Of a stretch of DNA of 64,000 nt, positions 9,679 through 18,434 are shown piece after piece (position 1 is the stretch's first letter; every line of letters begins with the position of its first letter). The stretch is from Waterburya sp. (GTDB taxonomy: Bacteria; Cyanobacteriota; Cyanobacteriia; Cyanobacteriales; Xenococcaceae). The position numbers and the translations under genes were made by a program. Under the pieces are notes generated by a model. The model worked only from the letters and a program-made list of their open reading frames with translations. It did no database searches and was not told where the DNA came from. Location of the stretch: contig CBDCJV010000002.1 of NCBI GenBank assembly GCA_965217895.1, positions 64,001 through 128,000 on the forward strand, in the 5' to 3' direction.

Positions 9679-9761
9679 TGGAGAATTAAAGAAGCTTTTC
9701 TTGGCATTAGATTTTTGTCTTACTACTTCTTTAGTATAAATGGGTCTTGAGAACAGGATTT

Positions 9762-10613
9762 AGTATAAGGTACAGCTACAATTACTCATTCTAAATTATG
9801 CTCAACTGCATGGGATAGAGTAAAAGCCAATCCACTCAAAGTTTTACCACCCCCTGTAAATACAGCTAAACGAAAAACACCTGGTTTTAATTTTGCTGCA
9901 TCAAGACAAGCATTATAAACTTGCGATTGCACTAGATTAACTTGAGAATTTTCAGCACTACCCAACAATTCTTCTTGCGATCGCTCTAATGATTGCCAGA
10001 GACAATCGATTTTTAAGTCATCTCTGCGTTTATTTTCTGTTCTAATAGTTGCTTGTTCGGGAGCAAAATGTGTTTCTGTATAAAGATAATCTGCATCAAC
10101 TAAACAGGAAAATAAGAGCCGAATAAGTAGTTCGTTTGAGTAAACATCTGATAACAGATTTTTATACTGTCGTTCCGTTTCGGAATCAATATCTGTATTT
10201 AATGATTCTTTAATAGCATTTTTTAGAATGTGCTGGTGTGTATCACAATCAATTTCAGCAATACGAGCCATCATATCTGCACCTTGAGGTAAGCCAGCAT
10301 GATGTCCGTAAATTATCGATGTTAAGAAGGGAAATTTTTCTGCTGCTAATTTTGCTCCATATTTAGCATGAAGAACTTTTTGACGAGGTGCTTTCTCTCC
10401 AGATTTTGAAGCGCGATCGCATTGTTCTAAATACTGTTGAAACTCAGGATTGTATTTACCCAGATCGTGCCAAAGTCCAGCGTAATAAGTTAATTTTCCC
10501 GCATGAAATTTATTACCAAAAATCTCGGCTAATTTAGCTACTTTGGATAAATGATATTCAAGTAGATGCCATTTTTCGCTATTCTTTGATGGAGTATGTG
10601 CATAAAAAGGCAT
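9762..10613 (-). pseudogene. cas3: Truncated CRISPR-associated Cas3 (HD nuclease plus start of helicase), type I-C-like
   Basis: YAH, HL, WHDLGKY, HHAGL and LFSCLVDAD HD motifs; Walker A TGGGKT. In-frame TGA at 9786-9788 (HNLE*VIVAVPYT, likely CGA>TGA); homology ends at 9762. Confidence 0.9.
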
Positions 10614-10641
10614 GATTTTATTTATCGAAGATAATTAATAA

Positions 10642-11904
10642 TTGAAAATCTTAATTGTAAGTGCTAAAGATATTGGTGGAGGGGCAGCCCGTGCTGCTTA
10701 TCGACTACATCAGGGCTTGTTGGCACAAAAAGCCGACTCCCAAATGTTGGTGCAGAATAAACAGGGTGATGATCGTACCGTTATCGCCCCCATCAGCAAA
10801 GTCAAAAGAGGAGTTGCTGCGCTTAAGCCTGCACTAGATCGGCTACCCTTGGCTTTATATCCTCAGCGAGACACCACAATTAATATTTATTCTTCTCAAT
10901 GGTTGCCCAATAGAATTATTAGCAAAATCAGGCAAATTAATCCCGATATTATTAATCTCCACTGGGTATGTGGCGGATTTATGCCTATTGAAGCTTTAGG
11001 TCAATTAAAAAAGCCTTTGGTGTGGACTTTACATGATATGTGGGCATTTACGGGCGGATGTCACTATAGCGGAGAATGCGATCGCTATTTACAATCTTGT
11101 GGTGCTTGTCCTCAACTAGGAAGTAATCATAGCTGGGATTTATCTCGCTGGAATTGGCAGCGTAAAGCTAGAGCCTGGAAAGATTTAAATTTAACTATTG
11201 TAACCCCTAGCAGGTGGCTAGCTAGCTGCGCTGAAGCTAGTTCATTATTACAAAGTTTTCCAATTAGAGTGATTGGTAACGGCATCGATCCTCAGATTTA
11301 TCAACCCCATCCTATTGAATTAGCCAGAAAGATTTTAAATTTACCTAGGGATAAAAAGATCATTTTATTTGGGGCATTTGATAGCACTCAAGATAAACGA
11401 AAGGGCTTTTCTTTATTACACTTAGCATTAAAAACCTTTCAGCAGCTAGAATCTACTGAAGAAACTGAGATAGTTATTTTTGGTGCTTCTGCTCCTGTAG
11501 AGCCTCTAGATTTTGGGTTTAAAGCTCATTACACGGGCAAACTAAACGATGATGTTTCTTTGTCTTTGATTTATAGTGCAGCAGATGTATTTGTTGCTCC
11601 CTCGGTACAGGATAACTTACCGAACACTGTTTTAGAGTCAATGTTCTGTGGCACTCCCTGCGTTGCTTTCAAGATCGGTGGGATGCCAGATTTGATCGAT
11701 CATCAACAAAATGGTTATTTAGCCCAACCCTTTTTAGCAGATGATTTGGCTCAAGGAATTTATTGGATCTTAGCTGATGCTGCTAGATATTATCAGTTAG
11801 CAATTCAAAGTAGACATAAAGCGATCGCTCAGTTTAGTCTAGAACAGCAGGCACAAAAATACTTGCGAGTTTTTGATGATTTATGTAGTAAGCTAGCCCT
11901 ATGA
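10642..11904 (+). CDS. Glycosyltransferase family 4 (WcaC-like)
   Basis: GGAARAAYRLH, INLHW, WTLHDMWAFTGGCHY and DNLPNTVLES motifs. Confidence 0.9.
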   Translation: MKILIVSAKDIGGGAARAAYRLHQGLLAQKADSQMLVQNKQGDDRTVIAPISKVKRGVAALKPALDRLPLALYPQRDTTINIYSSQWLPNRIISKIRQINPDIINLHWVCGGFMPIEALGQLKKPLVWTLHDMWAFTGGCHYSGECDRYLQSCGACPQLGSNHSWDLSRWNWQRKARAWKDLNLTIVTPSRWLASCAEASSLLQSFPIRVIGNGIDPQIYQPHPIELARKILNLPRDKKIILFGAFDSTQDKRKGFSLLHLALKTFQQLESTEETEIVIFGASAPVEPLDFGFKAHYTGKLNDDVSLSLIYSAADVFVAPSVQDNLPNTVLESMFCGTPCVAFKIGGMPDLIDHQQNGYLAQPFLADDLAQGIYWILADAARYYQLAIQSRHKAIAQFSLEQQAQKYLRVFDDLCSKLAL

Positions 11905-11908
11905 ATTA

Positions 11909-12715
11909 TTGGTAACCAAATTTACAGTATACCTAGGGATAATGCTCAATAAAATTTGGCTAGATATAGTAACAATTACTAACAAAATTGATGAATCGCT
12001 ATTTGCTACTCTAAATAACGTTAGCCAACAGTCTTATCAAACTATCAACCATATTATTATTTACCCTGAATCTAATAATTTAGAACTCAATAAACTCAAG
12101 CCTTTTATCGAGCGAGCCAACCTGTTTTTTTATCCCCAAAAAGGTAAAGGTATCTCTTCTGCTTTTAATCAGGGAATTAACCATAGTCAAGGAGAAATTG
12201 TTTTATTTCTTAATTCTGGCGATACATTAGTTGCAGAAAACATTTTAGAACAGGTAGTTGCTGATTATAGTCAAAAAAAATGGTTGTGGGCAACAGGGGA
12301 GACTATTTCCGTAAGTAAGAATAAATATTTAAAAAAGCATCGCCAACAGCATAAAATTTGGCGTAATAGCCTTTTTTTTTATGGTAATCCTGTTTGCCAT
12401 CAATCGACTTTTTACTCCCGCAAACTAATTAAACAGCTAGGTTTATATAACGAGTCTTTATCAATAGGAATGGATTACGAATACAACATTAGAGCAAATC
12501 AACTATCTAATCCTCAACTATTGTATTTTCCCATTGCCTATTACGACACTACTGGTGTATCTTCAGTCAGAGTGTTTAAACAGTTTTTCAATAACCGTCG
12601 TATCCGCGATCGCTATTTTGAATTATCTTGGTTTAATCGGTTTAAAGTCGATTTTTACTGTTTACTTAAATCTTTTTATCGGTTAGCAATGGTGCCAGCC
12701 AAACTTTGGCTCTAG
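11909..12715 (+). CDS. Glycosyltransferase family 2 (WcaE-like); start possibly at ATG 11942
   Basis: GISSAFNQG, FLNSGD, CHQSTF and MDYE motifs. Confidence 0.85.
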   Translation: MVTKFTVYLGIMLNKIWLDIVTITNKIDESLFATLNNVSQQSYQTINHIIIYPESNNLELNKLKPFIERANLFFYPQKGKGISSAFNQGINHSQGEIVLFLNSGDTLVAENILEQVVADYSQKKWLWATGETISVSKNKYLKKHRQQHKIWRNSLFFYGNPVCHQSTFYSRKLIKQLGLYNESLSIGMDYEYNIRANQLSNPQLLYFPIAYYDTTGVSSVRVFKQFFNNRRIRDRYFELSWFNRFKVDFYCLLKSFYRLAMVPAKLWL

Positions 12716-12778
12716 CTTTCAGACTAATTAAATCGATCTACTCTCTAATTTTTAAAAATATACTAAGGCTGACTGCTA

Positions 12779-13561
12779 ATGACCACCAGTAATGAGAGAA
12801 TTGAACGGGAAAAGCAATTTCACGATCGCCGTTATACTAACGATAATCAACGGCAACAAAAAGTAAATAAATTTTATAGCATAACAGGCTCAATTACTAG
12901 AGCCTATCAGCAAAAAATACTCTCTAACAGTAAGAATTCAAAAGTAATTGAATACGGCTGTGGCAAAGGAAGCTATGCCTTTGAAATAGCGAAAAATGAG
13001 GCGCAATTAGTTACAGGAATTGATATTTCACCAATTGCTATCGAAACTGCAATTCAGCAAGCAGTAAAAGAAAATATTCAAGGCAACATTAGTTTTGAAA
13101 TTATGAATGCTGAACATTTGGAATTTGCTGAAGGCTCTTATAATTTAATTTGTGGCTCAGGAATATTACACCATCTCAACTTAGCTTCAGCTATAGATTC
13201 CATCACCAGAATTCTCCAACCTGAAGGAAAAGCAATTTTTCTTGAGCCTTTAGGACATAATTTTTTAATTAACTTGTATCGTCGCCTGACTCCCGATATT
13301 CGCTCCGAAGACGAACATCCTTTATCTGAAACTGACTTAAAAGCAATTAAACGTAATTTCGGGCAAGCTCAGATTGATTATTTTTATCTGACTAGTCTAT
13401 TTGCTTGCCTTTTCGTAGGCAAGCCTGGATTTAAAAGCTTACTTGGTTGTTGTGAGTTTATTGATTCAATTCTGTTGAAGTTGCCAGTCATTAGAAGCCA
13501 AGCCTGGATGGTTTTAATTGAGCTAAAACAACCCATTAAACAAAACAATCTCTCAATTTAA
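12779..13561 (+). CDS. Class I SAM-dependent methyltransferase
   Basis: EYGCGKG motif I, GIDIS, ILHHL and FLEPLGHN motifs. Confidence 0.9.
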   Translation: MTTSNERIEREKQFHDRRYTNDNQRQQKVNKFYSITGSITRAYQQKILSNSKNSKVIEYGCGKGSYAFEIAKNEAQLVTGIDISPIAIETAIQQAVKENIQGNISFEIMNAEHLEFAEGSYNLICGSGILHHLNLASAIDSITRILQPEGKAIFLEPLGHNFLINLYRRLTPDIRSEDEHPLSETDLKAIKRNFGQAQIDYFYLTSLFACLFVGKPGFKSLLGCCEFIDSILLKLPVIRSQAWMVLIELKQPIKQNNLSI

Positions 13562-13635
13562 TTTTTTATAGCCGTATTTGACGCTAGATTTACTAACTAG
13601 CGACTAAAAAATAAGTACTTTGGATCAAAATCAAG

Positions 13636-14757
13636 ATGAGCGTGAGCAAAAATCCTTCTGTTTCAATAGTAATTCCTACATATAACGAAGTAGACAATAT
13701 TGAAGCGGTTGTACGTAAGTTTTTGGCTTCTAAATATTCTAATTTATTAGAAATACTGATTGTCGATGGGCTAAGTACTGATGGAACACAGGCTAAAATT
13801 CAAGAGATATCACGCATTTATCCCCAAATAAGATTGCTAAACAATCCCCGTCGTATACAGTCTGCTGCTCTTAACATTGGTTTAAAGGCTTGTGAAGGTG
13901 ATATCTTTTTAAGAGCCGATGCTCACTGCAACTACGCTTACAATTATATAGAAGAATGTGTGGCAGCTTTACAAAAGTCTCAGGCAGTAAATGTAGGAGG
14001 AGCGCAACGTTTTATAGCAGCTAATACCTTTCAAGCTGGAGTTGCTTTAGCTTCTCGTAGTCTTTTAGGCAGTGGGGGAGCAAAATATCGCAATCCTAAC
14101 TATAACGGCTATGCTGAAACGGTTTTCTTAGGCTGTTTTTGGCGTTCAGATTTAGAAGCTGTGGGAGGATATGAAGTCACTCGTAAAGAAGATTCTGAAC
14201 TAAATTTTCGCTTAGTTAAAGCAAAAGGCGATCGCGTAATTTACATAAGTTCAGGCATAAAGGTTTGGTATTTTCCTCGCAGCAACTGGCTAAGTTTATG
14301 GCGACAGTACGTAAAATACGGCAGAGGTAGCTGTATTGTGTCATCTAAATATGCTCAAGAACTACCTTTAAGAAACAAAATTCCTTTTTTTGGCATTCTG
14401 GGATTAATGATCGCTGTACTAGCTGACTTAACTATACTCGATGGTTTACTACACACAATACCTTTAATTTTATTGGGCTTTTGCCTAATTGCCTTAGAAG
14501 CAGCGCGAATAACCCTAAAATATAAGAGTAAATTTCGTGAGGAATTTTGGTATTACTCTGAAAAACCGATGCCTAGCTTAGTCAGCCGTTGGTTATGTTG
14601 TACTATAGCGATCGCAACTATGCCCGTAGCTCACTTTACAGGTTTTGGTTATCAGCTTTATCTAAGAAAGATTAGGAAAAACCAAGATAATTGCTTTTTT
14701 GAATCAAGATCTAGCATACCCAAATGTAATTTGGTGAAAGAGAAAATAAAGGCATAA
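13636..14757 (+). CDS. Glycosyltransferase family 2 (ExoA-like) with C-terminal membrane helices
   Basis: IPTYNE, DGLSTDGT, RADAH, EDSELNFR and RQY motifs. Confidence 0.9.
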   Translation: MSVSKNPSVSIVIPTYNEVDNIEAVVRKFLASKYSNLLEILIVDGLSTDGTQAKIQEISRIYPQIRLLNNPRRIQSAALNIGLKACEGDIFLRADAHCNYAYNYIEECVAALQKSQAVNVGGAQRFIAANTFQAGVALASRSLLGSGGAKYRNPNYNGYAETVFLGCFWRSDLEAVGGYEVTRKEDSELNFRLVKAKGDRVIYISSGIKVWYFPRSNWLSLWRQYVKYGRGSCIVSSKYAQELPLRNKIPFFGILGLMIAVLADLTILDGLLHTIPLILLGFCLIALEAARITLKYKSKFREEFWYYSEKPMPSLVSRWLCCTIAIATMPVAHFTGFGYQLYLRKIRKNQDNCFFESRSSIPKCNLVKEKIKA

Positions 14758-14848
14758 ACTTTGGTTAAATAAAGTCTGGGCTGATATTTTTGCGATTTAG
14801 CCTAGCCAGAAATTGCTAACGTGTGAATTTTATAGTTGGGAGTAAAAT

Positions 14849-16075
14849 ATGAAAGTTATCATCCTTGGAGGAGACGGCTTCTGTGGCTGGCCTACCTCTT
14901 TACATCTATCGAATCTCGACTTTGAAGTTGTTATTGTCGATAACCTATCTAGACGCAACATTGATAACGAGTTAGAAGTTAGTTCTTTGACTCCTATCTC
15001 ACCTATTGGACAAAGATTAAATACCTGGAAAGAAATTACAGGCAAAAATATTAAATTTTACAATATTGATATTGCCCAAGAGTACGATCGCCTACTAAAT
15101 CTGATTTTGGATCAAAAGCCTGATGCGATCGTCCATTTTGCCGAACAAAGGGCTGCTCCCTATTCCATGAAATCTTCTAAACACAAGCGTTATACGGTTA
15201 ATAACAATCTTAACGCTACTAATAATTTACTCTGTGCCATTGTCGAATCTGGTTTAGATATTCACTTAGTCCATTTAGGCACAATGGGAGTCTATGGCTA
15301 TGGTACTGCGGGGATGAAAATACCCGAAGGATATTTAGACGTAGAAGTGGTTGCCGATAATGGCGATCGCATTCAACAAGAAATTCTCTATCCCGCTAAT
15401 CCTGGCAGTGTCTATCATATGACTAAAACTCAGGATCAGCTATTTTTCTACTATTACAATAAAAACGATGGTATTCGCGTCACCGATTTACACCAAGGAA
15501 TTGTTTGGGGAACAAACACTCCTGAAACCTTAATAGATGAAAAGTTAGTTAATCGTTTTGATTATGATGGTGATTATGGTACAGTTCTCAATCGCTTCTT
15601 AATGCAGGCAGCTATAGGTTATCCTCTTACTGTCCATGGAACTGGGGGACAAACTAGAGCTTTTATTCACATCAAAGATACTGTGCGCTGTGTGCAATTA
15701 GCGATCGAAAATCCACCCAGTCAAGGTGAACGAGTGAGAATTCTTAATCAGATGACAGAAACCCATCGAGTTAAAGATCTCGCTAAAATGATTGCAGATA
15801 TGACTCAAGGGGAAATCGCTTATTTAGAGAATCCCCGTAATGAAGCACCTGAAAACGAGTTATTCGTCAAAAACCAACGCTTTTTAGATTTAGGTTTGAA
15901 GCCAACAACCTTAAGTCAGGGATTACTAAAAGAAGTAACTGAAGTAGCCCAGAAGTATGCTCATCGTTGTGATAAAAGTAAAATCCCTTGTACTTCTTTA
16001 TGGATTCAAAAATCTAAGCCAACATCAAAAAGCAACAGTATAAAATCAAAATCTGTAGAAACCAGCAAAGTATAA
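14849..16075 (+). CDS. sqdB: UDP-sulfoquinovose synthase
   Basis: GGDGFCGW, HFAEQRAAPYSM, HLGTMGVYG, YHMTK, DLHQGIVWG and RFDYDGDYGTVLNRF motifs. Confidence 0.95.
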   Translation: MKVIILGGDGFCGWPTSLHLSNLDFEVVIVDNLSRRNIDNELEVSSLTPISPIGQRLNTWKEITGKNIKFYNIDIAQEYDRLLNLILDQKPDAIVHFAEQRAAPYSMKSSKHKRYTVNNNLNATNNLLCAIVESGLDIHLVHLGTMGVYGYGTAGMKIPEGYLDVEVVADNGDRIQQEILYPANPGSVYHMTKTQDQLFFYYYNKNDGIRVTDLHQGIVWGTNTPETLIDEKLVNRFDYDGDYGTVLNRFLMQAAIGYPLTVHGTGGQTRAFIHIKDTVRCVQLAIENPPSQGERVRILNQMTETHRVKDLAKMIADMTQGEIAYLENPRNEAPENELFVKNQRFLDLGLKPTTLSQGLLKEVTEVAQKYAHRCDKSKIPCTSLWIQKSKPTSKSNSIKSKSVETSKV

Positions 16076-16082
16076 GCATAAA

Positions 16083-16317
16083 TATAGCCATACAAAATTA
16101 GATTAGCGGTGCGACCCCCGCGCATGGTTCGACAGAAAGGACTTGTCCGCATCTAGGTGCAAGGCGCAAGCGTCCGACACGAGGGCATCCTACGCCCCGC
16201 ATAAAGCTGTTCCATTTGGGAACAGCACGGGGACACCTAAACGGGAAGCGAGAACAGGAAGTAGGGTAGGGAGTAGTAATTTGACCAAGTATTCTGACGT
16301 TTGTACGTAATGCTATA
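16083..16317. repeat. Composite GC-rich repeat element containing a second copy of the 45-bp module (16192-16236)
   Basis: GC-rich island between convergent genes with loose TATAGC...GCTATA ends; the module is 36/45 identical to 255-299 and is also followed by CTAAACGG. Confidence 0.65.
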
Positions 16318-16455
16318 ACTACCCTTACCTTTATTAAGCTGAACAAACGAACTACTCATGCTGTTGGATAAAACAAGCAGTAGAGAATTTACGATCATAT
16401 CAAGCTTTCTCTGGTCAAATTCCCGTCTTTTCTTGACCTATCTAGGTAGCTATTA

Positions 16456-17427
16456 TTATTCTACTAATTCCACAAGCCTAGAAATTTCTTGTTGAACGGC
16501 TTTATTCCACTGTTGACGATATTCGCTTAGATCCATTTTCTGAAGAGATAATTCCCTGATAGCTTTGACAATAGACTCGGAAGAATTTTCTACTAATACA
16601 GCCCATTCCCCAAATAATTTTTCAGTTAATGATGTCTTGCTAATAACTAATTGAGTATCTGAAGATAATGCTTCACAAGCACCGCTGGGTTGAGTTGCAT
16701 TACTAGTTGTTAATACTAAAGATGCCAAACTTGAACACAAGACCTGATGATACTCTTCCGTAGCCAAAAAACCAGTAAGGGTGACGTTATCTAATTTTTG
16801 CAAACTAGCTGCTGTTTCTGTATCTAGCTTGTTAATATCAGCGGTAATTACAAAGTTATATTCAATCAGCTTCGCCATAGTTTCGATCAATAAACCGACT
16901 GGTTCATCCCACGGATCGAATGAGGCAATAACTAAAATCTTTTTAGCCTGGCGTTTTTGGGGTCTAATTGGCACAATTGCCTCAATAGGATCGCAAATTG
17001 TAAACAGTTTGACTTGAGGATAAATTTTGGAGACCAACTGAAACATTTCGGTATTGTGAACAATAATTGCCAAGGCATTTTTTAGCAAAGTTTTGCTTAG
17101 GGGCAAACTCTGCCACATTTCCACTTGAAACAAAGGATTATGAGCATCAATTATGTAAGGAGTTTTGGTGAGTAAGGCTGGCAAAGCACTAAAGGTAGGA
17201 GGACATTGAGCCACTACAAAATCAGGCTTTTTGGTCAAAATATCTCGAACGCTCACTACCAGTTTTATTAAATAGTCTAAAGGTCGCAAATACTTACTTT
17301 TAAATAAATGAGGAATAAACCTTAGCTCACAACTAATTAGAGAGGCGAGAACTTCGGGTCTTCTTTGATACTGCTTCCAAACCAGAAACAAACCAGAAAA
17401 TTTATTTGCTGAATTACTATTCGACAT
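16456..17427 (-). CDS. Putative GT-B glycosyltransferase
   Basis: AQCPPTF, IIDAHN, IIVHN, SFDPWDEP, LTGFL and GACEALS motifs resemble GT4-like enzymes. Confidence 0.75.
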   Translation of the reverse strand: MSNSNSANKFSGLFLVWKQYQRRPEVLASLISCELRFIPHLFKSKYLRPLDYLIKLVVSVRDILTKKPDFVVAQCPPTFSALPALLTKTPYIIDAHNPLFQVEMWQSLPLSKTLLKNALAIIVHNTEMFQLVSKIYPQVKLFTICDPIEAIVPIRPQKRQAKKILVIASFDPWDEPVGLLIETMAKLIEYNFVITADINKLDTETAASLQKLDNVTLTGFLATEEYHQVLCSSLASLVLTTSNATQPSGACEALSSDTQLVISKTSLTEKLFGEWAVLVENSSESIVKAIRELSLQKMDLSEYRQQWNKAVQQEISRLVELVE

Positions 17428-17737
17428 TATTTACAACATAATTGACTTTGATTAGCAGCTATTTTAAACTTTTAAATTAGAATTAGTCTTTAAAAACTTA
17501 AGAGGTGTAAAAGCTAATAGGTTTAATCTCATACTAACAGTACAGTCTAGTAGAGAAAAGCTAAAAACTGTTGTAAGGATATTTTTTACAGTTTGAGAAG
17601 TAAAAGAAATGGCGATCGCATTTTTGAAAACCAAACACTACAACTTATCTTTTAGCTGATTCTACTGAAGTCTTCGTATACGTTTCAAGACTAGGATTGT
17701 AGGGATTCAATATAACTGTTGTAATTCCTACAAAACT

Positions 17738-18427
17738 ATGGATTATGAAATCGTACATAAACTTTCGCCAGAACAGGAAGAACTAGAAAAAAAGAAAGCT
17801 GAATTAGCAGCATTAGAAACCGAATTAGCTGAAAACGAATTAAATCTGGCTACTTTTCAAGGAGAATTAAATGCTTTTGAAAAAGAATATATGCGGATCA
17901 TTGGGATTCGCTATACGGAACTAGATCGCATAGAAGCTCAAATTGAAGAATATATAGCACTTTTAGAATCTGATCGAGATTTCCAACCATCCGCAGAATT
18001 AAAGAAACTGTATCGTCAAGTAGCCAAGAAAATTCATCCAGACTTAGCAACTGATGACGAAGAACGCCAACGCAGACAAGAATTAATGGCTGAGGCTAAC
18101 ATCGCCTATGAAAACGGTAATTTAGAAAAACTCAAATCGATTTTACGAGATTGGGAAAATAGTCCTGAATCAATTAAAGGCGAAGGAATTAGCTTTGAGT
18201 TAATTCGCATTATCCGACAAATAGCTCAAAGTCGCGATCGTTTAAAAGCTATCCAATTAGAAATTACAGATTTAGAACAAACCGAACTGTTTCAGTTAAA
18301 AACCAAAGTGATTGAGGCAAAAGAAGTTGGACAAGATTTATTAGCAGATATGGCTGATGAATTAGATAAACAAATTAATAGTGCAATGGAAAAACTAGAA
18401 GAATTGAAAATAAAGTTGAGCTTATAA
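17738..18427 (+). CDS. Coiled-coil protein with central J-domain-like segment
   Basis: LKKLYRQVAKKIHPDL (HPD motif) and MAEANIAYENG, flanked by long heptad coiled coils. Confidence 0.8.
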   Translation: MDYEIVHKLSPEQEELEKKKAELAALETELAENELNLATFQGELNAFEKEYMRIIGIRYTELDRIEAQIEEYIALLESDRDFQPSAELKKLYRQVAKKIHPDLATDDEERQRRQELMAEANIAYENGNLEKLKSILRDWENSPESIKGEGISFELIRIIRQIAQSRDRLKAIQLEITDLEQTELFQLKTKVIEAKEVGQDLLADMADELDKQINSAMEKLEELKIKLSL

Positions 18428-18434
18428 ATACTTA

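Noticed and set aside
16098..16346. 82-aa minus-strand ORF
   Set aside because: Lies over the GC-rich composite repeat; openness is explained by stop-codon scarcity.
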